A stretch of 31,714 nucleotides of DNA, from positions 1 to 31,714 of IMG/VR virus record IMGVR_UViG_3300046171_000046; one strand, written 5' to 3'. Below, piece by piece: positions 18,440 to 27,184 of this stretch. Position numbers and translations under genes: made by a program. The notes below the pieces were generated by a model. That model saw only the letters and a program-made list of their open reading frames with translations. It was not told the DNA's origin and searched no databases. The stretch is from a virus (lineage: Duplodnaviria; Caudoviricetes). Numbering within the stretch: position 1 is the stretch's first letter; every line of letters starts with the position of its first letter.

Positions 18440-18856
18440 TATCTGTAAGATCAAGTAATACGATTGCCAAAAGCAACGAAAGAAGCAGAACAATGATTAC
18501 AAGTCAATGCTTCAAGGCATGTTAATCGTGTTCTTAATACTTTCAAAAGGGATATTCAGTTGGGAATGAGAAACACACCAAAGACAGGTAATACTTATGA
18601 ACGAGGTGGTAAAACTCATACAGCTTCATCAGCAGGGAATCCACCTGCAATAGATACAGGAAGATTGGTAAATAGTATTCAAATTAAACCATCATCACCA
18701 AGCATAAAACCTGTAGGTAAAGTATTTACTAATGTTGAATATTCTCAGATGTTAGAACTTTACATGGACAGAGCATTCATGGGTAAAGAATCCAAAGCAT
18801 ATAAACAAGCAAAAGCATTTTCAAGAAAGATGGCTAAGGATATTAAGGTAAGCTGA
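18436..18856 (+). CDS. HK97 gp10-like neck/tail protein, 5' part disrupted (frameshift plus in-frame TGA, probably sequence error)
   Basis: HTASSAGNPPAIDTGRLVNSI motif. The coupled ATG at 18436 is out of frame with the body, whose frame reads KATKEAEQ*LQVNASRHVNRVLNTFKRDIQLGMR. Confidence 0.7.
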
Positions 18857-19266
18857 TGGGATATCATTCATTCGATTTACAATCAGCAATATATTCTTTG
18901 TTATCAGGTGATAGTACACTAGATGGATTAGTCGGTAATAACAAGATATTTGATTCTGTAGCTCCACAAGATACAGCATATCCTTATGTTCTCATTGGCA
19001 CAGAAATAACTACAGATATCGGAACTAAATCATTAGATGGTAATTTATATAATGTAGATATAGATGTTTGGTCTCAATATAGAGGTCAAAAAGAAATAAA
19101 AGAGATTATGGAGAGGTTGTATAACCTAGTAAATAATACTACAATTTCTGTGTCAGGTGCAGATTCAGTTATGAGTTATGTCAACAGCTCAACTACAATA
19201 GTAGAAGCTGATGGAATCACTAGACATGGTATAATTAATATTAATTTTACAATTTACGATAATTAA
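18856..19266 (+). CDS. Tail completion / terminator protein (DUF3168-like)
   Basis: LQSAIY..L..D..L..LVG..IFD..P....YPYV.IG, IDVWS...G.KE, DG.TRHG. Confidence 0.85.
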   Translation: MGYHSFDLQSAIYSLLSGDSTLDGLVGNNKIFDSVAPQDTAYPYVLIGTEITTDIGTKSLDGNLYNVDIDVWSQYRGQKEIKEIMERLYNLVNNTTISVSGADSVMSYVNSSTTIVEADGITRHGIININFTIYDN

Positions 19267-19277
19267 GAGGTAATAAA

Positions 19278-19691
19278 ATGGCAGTACAAAAAGGAAGTGC
19301 ATTACTTGTTAAAGCAGGGAATGCAGGGTCTCCTGAGACTTTTACAACAGTAGCAGGTCTTCGAGACACATCGATAAGCATCAACCAAGAAATAGTTGAT
19401 GTAACAAATAAAGATTCATCAAGAGTAAGAACATTACTTGCACAAGGTGGGGTCAAATCATTTACAATTTCAGGAAGTGGTGTCTTTACAGATTCAGCTT
19501 CAGAACAAACAATATTAACTAACTTTGATGCTAGTACAAATAAGAACTATCAATTTCTTGTACCCGATTACAATACATTTACAGGAGCTTTCCAAGTAAC
19601 ATCTATTGAGTATAGTGGTACATATAATGATTCAGTACAGTATTCAATGACATTTGAATCAGCAGGAACAATAACTATAGCAACAGTTTAA
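19278..19691 (+). CDS. Major tail tube protein (TP901-1 / GTA family)
   Basis: MAVQKG..LL.K, TVAGLR, VDVTNKDS, ISGSGVF, GAFQVTSIEYSG, FESAG. Confidence 0.9.
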   Translation: MAVQKGSALLVKAGNAGSPETFTTVAGLRDTSISINQEIVDVTNKDSSRVRTLLAQGGVKSFTISGSGVFTDSASEQTILTNFDASTNKNYQFLVPDYNTFTGAFQVTSIEYSGTYNDSVQYSMTFESAGTITIATV

Positions 19692-19692
19692 T

Positions 19693-19947
19693 ATGTGGAT
19701 AGAAAAAGAAGTAACACTTGATAAGAAAAAGGTCGATGCAAAAGTTAATCTAGGTTCTGACCAATCAGAAGTTGAACTGCCATTCTTCGAGAATTGGGAT
19801 GACTTAGGTGTTATTAAAATAGGTAATGATAAATGGTCAATCTCTAGTGCCACAAATGTTGGTGGTAGAGATGAAACCATATTGATGACAGTTAAAAAGG
19901 AGAAGAATGATGTCTACAAATCCGATAAAAGCAGAAAAGATACTTAA
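19693..19947 (+). CDS. Hypothetical protein between tail tube and chaperone
   Basis: ORF tightly packed in the tail operon. Confidence 0.6.
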   Translation: MWIEKEVTLDKKKVDAKVNLGSDQSEVELPFFENWDDLGVIKIGNDKWSISSATNVGGRDETILMTVKKEKNDVYKSDKSRKDT

Positions 19948-20251
19948 TTTTAAAGACAAGACATACAAGGCTCGTATGTCTTTAGATACAATAATGAGAA
20001 TAGAAGAAGCACTTGGATGCTCTATTCTCAAAGTTGGTAACAAACTTACCACAGCAGATATTACTCTTTTAGAGATTATTAACATTCTTACATTATCAAT
20101 CAGGGCAGGTGGCAATGATGTCAATGAAAACGATATCAAAGGTCTTGTATCTGAAGTTGGTTTAGTAGAATCAATAAAATTGACAGGTGAGCTACTTACA
20201 TTAGCACTCAATGTAGAGCCTAATAATACAGAAAAAAAAAGCAATCCTTAA
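19907..20251 (+). CDS. Tail assembly chaperone (lambda G analog, GTA gp10-like)
   Basis: NP.KAE..L...IE..LG pattern, AGGAG RBS, located between tube and tape measure. Confidence 0.8.
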   Translation: MMSTNPIKAEKILNFKDKTYKARMSLDTIMRIEEALGCSILKVGNKLTTADITLLEIINILTLSIRAGGNDVNENDIKGLVSEVGLVESIKLTGELLTLALNVEPNNTEKKSNP

Positions 20252-20454
20252 AAGATGATTATGAGCTACCTGTAGAAAGGTGGCTCGAAATACTCATAGG
20301 CATGATGCACCTACCACCTAATCAGGTGTGGGATATGTCAATTAAAGAAATCAGTCTAGCTATTAATGGCTTCAAAGAATATAATGGTAACAAATCAGAG
20401 CCTATGGACAAATCTGATTTAGATAAATTAATGGAAAGATATCCTGATTATTAG
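20239..20454 (+). CDS. -1 frameshift extension of the tail chaperone (G-T analog)
   Basis: A9 run at 20232-20240 gives a slippery A-AAA-AAA. The -1 frame reads KQSLKDDYELPVERWLEILIGMMHLPPNQVWDMSIKEI...LDKLMERYPDY, like GTA-type TAC (L.P..FW..T..E...LM.RFPD). Confidence 0.8.
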   Translation, partial: KQSLKDDYELPVERWLEILIGMMHLPPNQVWDMSIKEISLAINGFKEYNGNKSEPMDKSDLDKLMERYPDY

Positions 20455-20456
20455 AT

Positions 20457-22205
20457 ATGGAATTAGATAAATTATTAGTACGTATTGAAGCTGACCTCAG
20501 CGACTTGAAACGAGGTCTGAATAAAGCAAACAACGAAGTCAAGAAATCATCTAGCAAGATGTCTTCAGGATTTCAAAAGTTTGGTAAAACCCTAGATAAT
20601 GTTGGTGGTAAGGTACTAACATTTGGTGGTTTATTTGCTACAGCATTTGGTGGCATTCAATTAAAAAAAGTTATAGATGTCGGAAGGCAAATAGAAGATT
20701 TAACAGTTCGATTAAATGCTCTATTTGGTAGTGCTGAAGAAGGTGCAAAAGCATTTAAAGTTCTTTTAGATTTTGCAGGTCGTGTACCATTCCAACTAGA
20801 AGAAATACAAAGTGCATCAGCAAACCTAGCAATCGTATCTGAAGATGCACAAGAATTAGCAAAAAATTTAGAACTTACAGGTAATGTTGCATCAGTAACA
20901 GGTCTTGACTTCAAAACAACTGCTGAACAGATTCAAAGGTCGCTCAGCTCAGGAATCAGCTCAGCTGATTTATTTAGAGAACGAGGTGTCAAAGCCATGC
21001 TTGGTTTCTCAGCAGGTGCAGAGGTATCGTTAGCTGAGACAGAAAAAGCATTTGAAAGAGTATTTGGTAGAGGTGGTAAGTTTGGTAATGCAACAGCAGA
21101 ACTAGCAAAAACCTTAACAGGTACATTATCAATGCTACAAGATAAGCTTTTAGTATTTAGAAAAGCAGTAGCATCAGAATTTAACGAAGAATTAAAGAGC
21201 CAACTAAACGATGCAAATAATGCTTTGCAAGATAGCCAAGAGCAGATAGAAAAATTTGGAGAGGATGTTGGGAAATCTTTGGCTAATCTAACAAGAGGAA
21301 TTGTAGAAAATTTTGAAACGATAAAAGATGTTACTACAGCATTAGGATTATTCCTTGCAGGTTCATTACTATTTAAAATACTAAATTCACCACAATTTTT
21401 AGCACTTGGTGCAGTAATTTTATTCGTAAAAGAATACAACGATGCAATGAAAATAATGAAAGAAAGGTTTGGTGAAACAGAAAAAGTAATTACTAAAACA
21501 GCAGATAACATTGGAGAACTTTTCCTTGCTGAACAAAGAAGACAAAAATTAGTAGAACAATTTAATCTCGTTCAAAAAGAACAAAACGAAGTAGCAAAAA
21601 CAGTTATTGTCACACAAGCACAACTGAAAGAGATTGTAGAAGAATTAAATGAAACTTTTGAAGATGCAGGGAAATCTATATCAGATGCTTTTGGTGATGC
21701 AGTTGTTAAAGGTGAGAACTTCAAAGATGCAATGAAAAGTGTGTTCAAAGATGTTGCATCACAAATTGCTAGTACAATATTTCAGATATTGGTCATGCAA
21801 CCACTTATTGAAAGTTTGACTGCTTCATTAAAAGAATTTCAAGCAGAGCAAAAAGGTGGCATCACATCAGGATTTTTAAGTGGTGTCGGTTCTGCTATTG
21901 TAGGTGGTGCTACATCAATGCTTGGATTTGCAAATGGTGGTTATACTCCACCGAACAAACCATACATGGTTGGTGAAAGAGGTGCAGAAATGTTTGTGCC
22001 AAGAACAGCAGGTAATGTTGTTGCAAATCAAGATTTAGGAAATAATGTCACAGTAAATCAAAGTATCAGCTTCTCTACAGGTGTTGTACCGACTGTTCGT
22101 GCCGAAGTAATGAATTTATTACCTGCTATAAAAGAAGAAACAATAAATGCAGTTGCAGAAACTCGCAGTCGTGGTGGTGCATTTGCTAGGACATTCGGAG
22201 CATAA
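20457..22205 (+). CDS. Tape measure protein (582 aa)
   Basis: LDKLLVRIEAD N-terminus, FA...PF.L.EI tape-measure domain, helical body, and C-terminal FANGG...YMVGERGAE.F.P. Confidence 0.92.
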   Translation: MELDKLLVRIEADLSDLKRGLNKANNEVKKSSSKMSSGFQKFGKTLDNVGGKVLTFGGLFATAFGGIQLKKVIDVGRQIEDLTVRLNALFGSAEEGAKAFKVLLDFAGRVPFQLEEIQSASANLAIVSEDAQELAKNLELTGNVASVTGLDFKTTAEQIQRSLSSGISSADLFRERGVKAMLGFSAGAEVSLAETEKAFERVFGRGGKFGNATAELAKTLTGTLSMLQDKLLVFRKAVASEFNEELKSQLNDANNALQDSQEQIEKFGEDVGKSLANLTRGIVENFETIKDVTTALGLFLAGSLLFKILNSPQFLALGAVILFVKEYNDAMKIMKERFGETEKVITKTADNIGELFLAEQRRQKLVEQFNLVQKEQNEVAKTVIVTQAQLKEIVEELNETFEDAGKSISDAFGDAVVKGENFKDAMKSVFKDVASQIASTIFQILVMQPLIESLTASLKEFQAEQKGGITSGFLSGVGSAIVGGATSMLGFANGGYTPPNKPYMVGERGAEMFVPRTAGNVVANQDLGNNVTVNQSISFSTGVVPTVRAEVMNLLPAIKEETINAVAETRSRGGAFARTFGA

Positions 22206-22207
22206 TT

Positions 22208-22834
22208 ATGGCAGAAGCAGTATATCCATTAGACATTCCTAATTCACCAAGTAACTTTGTTACAAGTGAGTGGAGAATTATTAGAACTGTTGCAGTTAGT
22301 CAGTCACCTTTTACTTATGCACAACAAGTAGCTAAGTACACAGGCTCGGTTTGGCAGACAACAGTTACATTACCACCAATGAACAGAGCCGATGCAGGAG
22401 CATGGCAATCATTTTTTATGCAACTCAATGGAAGGTTTGGAACATTTTTATTAGGAGACCCTGATGGTAAAACAATACAAGGAAATGCTTCAACTTCGAT
22501 TGCAATTAAAGGTTCTCATTCAATAGGAGCTTATGATATTACTGTAGATGGTTGTACAAACAATCAGCTTGAATTTAAAAAAGGTGATTATGTACAATTT
22601 GGTTCTAGCTCATCTGCAAAACTACACATGATAGTAGCTGATGTTACAGCAGATGCTTCAGGCAATGCTACTTTACAAATTGAGCCACCACTTAAAACTG
22701 CATTACAAGATGATGCTGTTGTAACCTACTCAAATACAAAAGCAGTCATGAGAATGGATTCTAACGATTTAGGATGGAATGCTAACAAGGTATCTTTGTA
22801 TGGAATCTCTTTTTCCTGCACAGAAGCCCTGTAA
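22208..22834 (+). CDS. Distal tail (Dit-like) protein
   Basis: Directly after the tape measure. SPFT..QQV...W...TLPPM...F...LNGR.GTF...DP and terminal FSCTEAL. Confidence 0.75.
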   Translation: MAEAVYPLDIPNSPSNFVTSEWRIIRTVAVSQSPFTYAQQVAKYTGSVWQTTVTLPPMNRADAGAWQSFFMQLNGRFGTFLLGDPDGKTIQGNASTSIAIKGSHSIGAYDITVDGCTNNQLEFKKGDYVQFGSSSSAKLHMIVADVTADASGNATLQIEPPLKTALQDDAVVTYSNTKAVMRMDSNDLGWNANKVSLYGISFSCTEAL

Positions 22835-22876
22835 TCGACTTTAATTTTTAGGTGATACCAAAGTACCCTAGACATT

Positions 22877-22909
22877 AAAAAGGAGCTAAAATGGGGTATT
22901 CTAGCTCCT
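22877..22909 (-). terminator. Probable intrinsic terminator at the convergence of late and early arms
   Basis: AGGAGCTA (22881-22888) / TAGCTCCT (22902-22909) inverted repeat, followed on the minus strand by a T run. Confidence 0.55.
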
Positions 22910-22932
22910 CATATTCGGAGAAATATAATTAA

Positions 22933-23034
22933 TTATAGCACAATATCCCAAAATATAGCTATTATTGAAATAAATACCACAGACTTAATTAGGTCTTTAT
23001 TGTCATCATATATCTCTATTATTTTATCTTTCAT
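22933..23034 (-). CDS. 33-aa membrane peptide, not in the ORF track
   Basis: AAGGAG RBS. MKDKIIEIYDDNKDLIKSVVFISIIAIFWDIVL. Confidence 0.6.
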   Translation of the reverse strand: MKDKIIEIYDDNKDLIKSVVFISIIAIFWDIVL

Positions 23035-23043
23035 GTTTGCTCC

Positions 23044-23445
23044 TTAGTAGTTGAAATATAAAATCGAACTTATGGGAACTAATACTCCACGAGATGTATT
23101 CTCATCTCCACCTTCTGTTTTCCTTCCCATGTTGTAATACTTTCTTGCAATCTTTTTCATGTTCTCGATTGGTACTGATAATGTGAAGCAAAGTTTTTTA
23201 CCTTTATAAAACGATACGACCCAATGGTCAGCTTGTGTTGTTGTTATGCCACTATCTTTACCACGAGATTTATATTCAACAAACATATTGCCTGTCTCTT
23301 TCCAAGTGTCTTGCTCGGATTTAATTTCATGTTTGCCATCTATTAAGTCTTTAAGAACCATTCCATATTCTGTCTCACCTAGTATTCCTGTATCTAGGTC
23401 ATATCTAAAATCTGAATTATGTTTCAATTTTTGTATCCCTCTCAA
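23044..23445 (-). CDS. PD-(D/E)XK-like nuclease-fold protein
   Basis: F..DL..G..GE...EIK.E...TGN.FVEY...SGI.TT.AD.W pattern. Confidence 0.6.
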   Translation of the reverse strand: MRGIQKLKHNSDFRYDLDTGILGETEYGMVLKDLIDGKHEIKSEQDTWKETGNMFVEYKSRGKDSGITTTQADHWVVSFYKGKKLCFTLSVPIENMKKIARKYYNMGRKTEGGDENTSRGVLVPISSILYFNY

Positions 23446-23602
23446 CTATATAATGTAATCTCTCGATTGTAGCCCAATTCAATAAATCGCATACTTTGTT
23501 TGCTTCTTTTTTAGTTTTATATTTACCACCAAAAAACCCTTCATATTTAGATGCTACTGCACCTGTTGGTTCATTAGTTATTTCAATTATCTGATAGCCC
23601 AT
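23417..23602 (-). CDS. Hypothetical protein (61 aa)
   Basis: GGAG RBS. Overlaps both neighbours in the same direction. Confidence 0.6.
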   Translation of the reverse strand: MGYQIIEITNEPTGAVASKYEGFFGGKYKTKKEANKVCDLLNWATIERLHYIVERDTKIET

Positions 23603-23798
23603 TATCAGTCTCCACTTCTATTAATTTATTTAAATACCATTGTGCTTTCTTTAAATCTTCTAAACCATTTTTAAGTTTGTATCTGCAAATGTATTTCAAT
23701 ATATTGGATTCAAGATAACCCATCTTTTGGTCTAAGATAAAATCTATAACTTCAATCTTACCTTGTTTGTAATGCTTTGGATTTATGTTGTCTGTCAT
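23583..23798 (-). CDS. DUF3310 protein (T7 gp1.7 nucleotide kinase-like)
   Basis: INPKHY..G.IE.IDFI...N..KY..RY..KNG.EDLKKA.WYL. Confidence 0.9.
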   Translation of the reverse strand: MTDNINPKHYKQGKIEVIDFILDQKMGYLESNILKYICRYKLKNGLEDLKKAQWYLNKLIEVETDNGLSDN

Positions 23799-23813
23799 TC
23801 TAGTTCATGCTTA

Positions 23814-23841
23814 ACAGATGGGAATGTCACAACCCATCTGT
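23814..23841. other. Intergenic stem-loop
   Basis: ACAGATGGG-10 nt-CCCATCTGT. Confidence 0.55.
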
Positions 23842-23861
23842 ATTAACATCTCGTGTTTATT

Positions 23862-24026
23862 CTAAGCAACCCATTGCTCAGAATTCGTTTTACCTAAGTG
23901 TTGCTTGTACCAATTCAGAGTGTTGATATCTGATTCATGGTCTTTAGCTGTAATTTTAGAACCACCTGATTTGTAAGCTTGGATTCTATCTTGTAAGTAA
24001 TTTATTATTTTCACATTGTCTATCAT
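23862..24026 (-). CDS. Hypothetical protein (54 aa)
   Basis: ATG at 24026 with AAGGAG RBS is preferred over the track's GTG at 24086, which lies in a hairpin. Confidence 0.65.
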   Translation of the reverse strand: MIDNVKIINYLQDRIQAYKSGGSKITAKDHESDINTLNWYKQHLGKTNSEQWVA

Positions 24027-24051
24027 TTTATTTCTCCTTATTTGATTTTGT

Positions 24052-24086
24052 GTGGGAATCAATTCTATCACAAAACTAATTCCCAC
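24052..24086. other. Intergenic stem-loop
   Basis: GTGGGAAT-19 nt-ATTCCCAC. Confidence 0.5.
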
Positions 24087-24098
24087 GATTAATTATTT

Positions 24099-24401
24099 TT
24101 ATTCTGTAACACCACCTAATCTGCATTTGCTTGTGAAGTTAAGATGTAGTGTTCCATCATCAACACAATAGCTGTCAAGCAAACCTTCATTAGTCAGATG
24201 TTCCAACCAACCTTCAGGTAGTCTATATTTTTTAGTGAATCTTTTATAGACATCATCAGGAAAGGTTTCATTTGGGTAAGCATCAAAAGGTCTTGCAGTA
24301 CCAAATGAATATAAGCACCAATGTCCTTCTTGTGAATCTGTATAGTCTTCACCTTTAAGTTCAAGTCTGTCTAAAAGTTTATCTGTATTTATTGTTGTCA
24401 T
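24099..24401 (-). CDS. Hypothetical protein (100 aa)
   Basis: AAGGAG RBS and its own upstream promoter region. Confidence 0.75.
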   Translation of the reverse strand: MTTINTDKLLDRLELKGEDYTDSQEGHWCLYSFGTARPFDAYPNETFPDDVYKRFTKKYRLPEGWLEHLTNEGLLDSYCVDDGTLHLNFTSKCRLGGVTE

Positions 24402-24437
24402 AATTTTTCTCCTTTTCTGTATAAGTTTTAATTAACT

Positions 24438-24474
24438 TATACCTAAAGTATATACTAATTGAACTAAAAAGCAA
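24438..24474 (-). promoter_or_regulatory. Leftward promoter overlapping operator-like palindrome A
   Basis: TTGCTT-N16-TATACT on the minus strand. TATACCTAAAGTATA at 24438-24452. Confidence 0.55.
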
Positions 24475-24487
24475 TACCCAAAAAGAA

Positions 24488-24754
24488 TTATTTTTTACTT
24501 TTTTCTTCTTCAGGAGCTAATTTGATGTTATTTATCTTGTTTACTGTATCAATTAGGCTATTTATAGCCTTAATATATTGACAACTAAGTTCAAGTTTCT
24601 CCTGATTCCATTCTTTGTCGTGTAGCAAATCATTCCACAAATCCTGATTATGTTTCAGGTCTTTAGATAATTTATCTCTTGTCTCTGTCATTCTAAGCAA
24701 AACTTCTCGTGCTGATATTGTCCACTTCTTTACTTCTTCATTCATAAGTTTCAT
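24488..24754 (-). CDS. Hypothetical helical protein
   Basis: ATGA overlap with the oxygenase stop. Alternative start at 24760. Confidence 0.65.
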   Translation of the reverse strand: MKLMNEEVKKWTISAREVLLRMTETRDKLSKDLKHNQDLWNDLLHDKEWNQEKLELSCQYIKAINSLIDTVNKINNIKLAPEEEKSKK

Positions 24755-25341
24755 CTCCATGATTCACCATTGACCCACACCACTAATGCTTTACGAATAC
24801 CTTTAGTTACTTTCCTAACTCGATGATTTATAAAGCTCGTGAATGCAATCAATGAATCTATTTTTGTATTAATAATTATTTTTTCACCACCATGAAAAAA
24901 CTCCAACTCTCCACCTTCAAAGTCATCGTTTAAAACAAATGATATACTTATCTTTCTTAATGAACTTAGTCCATCAGAAATATCAGTATGCCAATTATAA
25001 TAATCTCCAACTTGATATTCTAAATATTGAATGTCTTGTATACAGGATATTCTGTAATTATAAATTTCATTCAAATCTAAAATTATGTAATTTAAGACAT
25101 TGCCGATACCTGATTCGATAGGTATTCTCCAAGCATTAACTTCTCTTATACCTTCTTTACCTGAATTAACTTTTGCTATGACAGGTATTTTTTTTACAGC
25201 AATTTCTCTTAAAAAATCTTTATGTACTTGTAAGTCTACTGCTCTATGAACCAAACCATAGATAGGGTTAGTATCATAATCAGGTTGGCAGTTCTCCTTA
25301 AAAAATCTATTAGGGATTGGAGAGTAACTACTCACTAGCAT
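24751..25341 (-). CDS. 2OG-Fe(II) oxygenase (P4H/PKHD-like), early-arm copy
   Basis: YYNWHTD, RKISIS, FEGGELEF and HRVRKVTKGIRKALVVW. Related to 12589..13197. Confidence 0.9.
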   Translation of the reverse strand: MLVSSYSPIPNRFFKENCQPDYDTNPIYGLVHRAVDLQVHKDFLREIAVKKIPVIAKVNSGKEGIREVNAWRIPIESGIGNVLNYIILDLNEIYNYRISCIQDIQYLEYQVGDYYNWHTDISDGLSSLRKISISFVLNDDFEGGELEFFHGGEKIIINTKIDSLIAFTSFINHRVRKVTKGIRKALVVWVNGESWR

Positions 25342-26113
25342 TTTCTCTAAGTGTTAGTGTTCCTTTCTTACTTCTTGATAATGTAATGCCATTACCGAAT
25401 GCTTTCCTGCAATCGTGTGGAACTAAAGATTTGATATCGTTTACAATTTGTTTTTGCATCGTTACATAAGGTTTAACTTCTTTTAACGAATCAATCAAGA
25501 TATTCATTTCTTTATTGTCTTTCATATCTAAAGTTCTCATGCCATCTAATTTAATTTCTTTGGGTTGTTCTATCGGTTGTATAAATTCTGTAGGCTCTTT
25601 ATCTTCTTCAACGAATTTCCAAAATGCCATCTCAGCTTTGTAAAGTGTTTGATGAAACTCAGGGTCAGATTCTATCGATGACCACTTATGCTCATTGTTG
25701 CCAAAAAATACTGATAAATAAGTTTCATTAGCACCTGAGTGCATCATGTAATGTTGCAACTGACAATAATAAAATTGAGCTACATTTTCCAATGTGTTCA
25801 TTGCATAAGTGTGTTTAGCTTCTACAATGATGTTAGGCTTAACAATGTGTCCATCTAAGTGAGACATCATAAAGTCTTTTTGTTCTAATGTTACATCTCT
25901 TTCGATTTCAGTATCTTTATAACCTTCATTGACTAATGCTTTTTCTAGCCAATCAATATTAAGTTTTTCTGTAGTAATACCCATTTGCACAGGCAATACA
26001 TCTGATAAATCTACAGGCTCTACTCTTTTTGTTTTTTCGAGCCACAGAGTGTGCCAATCACCTTCAATGATTCTCTTAGCATCACTCCCACCTATTCCTA
26101 ATGTTCTATCCAT
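25328..26113 (-). CDS. YqaJ / lambda-exonuclease family 5'-3' exonuclease
   Basis: R..GIGGSD, LWLEKT, SHLDG...VEAK and YY.QLQHYM motifs. Confidence 0.92.
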   Translation of the reverse strand: MDRTLGIGGSDAKRIIEGDWHTLWLEKTKRVEPVDLSDVLPVQMGITTEKLNIDWLEKALVNEGYKDTEIERDVTLEQKDFMMSHLDGHIVKPNIIVEAKHTYAMNTLENVAQFYYCQLQHYMMHSGANETYLSVFFGNNEHKWSSIESDPEFHQTLYKAEMAFWKFVEEDKEPTEFIQPIEQPKEIKLDGMRTLDMKDNKEMNILIDSLKEVKPYVTMQKQIVNDIKSLVPHDCRKAFGNGITLSRSKKGTLTLRENASE

Positions 26114-26136
26114 TCTAATCTCCGAGTTGTTTGAGA

Positions 26137-26200
26137 GTAGGTAGACCGAAGGGGTACTAACAGTCTACCTACAGAGGAGAAACGATTATGACCTCGTTTC
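26137..26200 (-). other. Tandem stem-loops in the exonuclease leader
   Basis: GTAGGTAGAC-16 nt-GTCTACCTAC (26137-26172) and GAAACGA-8 nt-TCGTTTC (26179-26200). Confidence 0.6.
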
Positions 26201-26221
26201 AAATGAGCGAAATATGAAAAA

Positions 26222-26701
26222 CTAGAAAGGAGTATCATTCCCTTCTGTTTTCTTTATATCATTATTTTCCATCAGAGCCAAGCTAATGAACTTATATTGT
26301 CCACCTGTCTTTTCTGATGTTCCTTCTTTTTGTGTAGCATAAACCTGATGGTCATACTTGTAGTTTACTTTCATAGCTCCTGACATGTGGTATTTCTTAC
26401 CTGCTTTTGCAGGAGTTAGAAAACCAACTTCAACAAACATACGATGATATTTGTTTCCTGTCGCACCTGTTTTTTCTACAACAATGATGTTAGTGCCTTC
26501 TTTGGTATGCTCCTTACCTGACTTGTCTTTATACTTTTCAATAGTACCATCATCAATCTTCCCTACCTTAACAATCCTATCAGAACTATTATCGTATGGG
26601 TCATTGAGAGTGCCATTGATTATATCTGTTTGACCATAAGAGCCATTCTCTACTCTCTCATCTATTGCTTTTGCTTGTTCCATTATGTTATCTGCATCCA
26701 T
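26222..26701 (-). CDS. Probable single-stranded DNA-binding protein
   Basis: Lies between ERF and exonuclease. Beta-rich, with an SSB-like C-terminal tip (EGNDTPF). Confidence 0.5.
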   Translation of the reverse strand: MDADNIMEQAKAIDERVENGSYGQTDIINGTLNDPYDNSSDRIVKVGKIDDGTIEKYKDKSGKEHTKEGTNIIVVEKTGATGNKYHRMFVEVGFLTPAKAGKKYHMSGAMKVNYKYDHQVYATQKEGTSEKTGGQYKFISLALMENNDIKKTEGNDTPF

Positions 26702-26710
26702 TATTTTCTC

Positions 26711-27184
26711 CTACATTATGTTATTTTTTACTTGTTCATTTACTTGTGGTGGTGTTGGGTTGGTATTATTTTTACCACTACCTGAACCATTGCCATCATC
26801 ATCTTCCGATGGAATACCAAACAAGGTTTGAAGACCATATCGTTTAGCATAGGTCAGTCCTGACCCGAACTTATGTGCATCATTTGTATTAGCACATGGC
26901 ACAGGGGTACATGAATCTAAGGTGTCTGTATCATTTTCATGTCTGATAACAGTCCTTATATATTCTTTACCATCTGTACTTACTTCATGCTGAGAGAAGC
27001 ATAAACCAAATTGTGTAGCTTCATTAACAACATCTATAACATCTTCGAGAGTAGAATATTTTGAACCATAAAATGAGTTCAATCCACTTTGCTTTGCTCT
27101 AAGTTTTAGTGCTTGGAACTTAACCAATGCACTTACTAATCTAAGCTCATTGTTTTGTTTTTCTTGTATTTTTGTTATTGCCAT
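26711..27184 (-). CDS. erf: ERF-family single-strand annealing protein
   Basis: N.FY.SKY..LEDV and GSGLTYAKRYGL..LFGI.SEDDDGN signature. ATG at 27184 has an AGGAG RBS. Confidence 0.92.
   Translation of the reverse strand: MAITKIQEKQNNELRLVSALVKFQALKLRAKQSGLNSFYGSKYSTLEDVIDVVNEATQFGLCFSQHEVSTDGKEYIRTVIRHENDTDTLDSCTPVPCANTNDAHKFGSGLTYAKRYGLQTLFGIPSEDDDGNGSGSGKNNTNPTPPQVNEQVKNNIM

Noticed and set aside
18494-18496. Genome-wide TGA stop-codon reassignment
   Set aside because: TGA is used as a normal stop in many ATGA overlaps. The single in-frame TGA is in a locally garbled stretch.
1154-21511. Numerous antisense ORFs (e.g. 3650..4087, 11012..11527, 19837..20244, 20933..21511)
   Set aside because: They lie opposite well-supported genes and show no motifs, as expected from codon bias.
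26114-26221. Hammerhead ribozyme or tRNA in the structured intergenic region
   Set aside because: GAAAC is present but there is no CUGANGA core, and no cloverleaf or T-loop.
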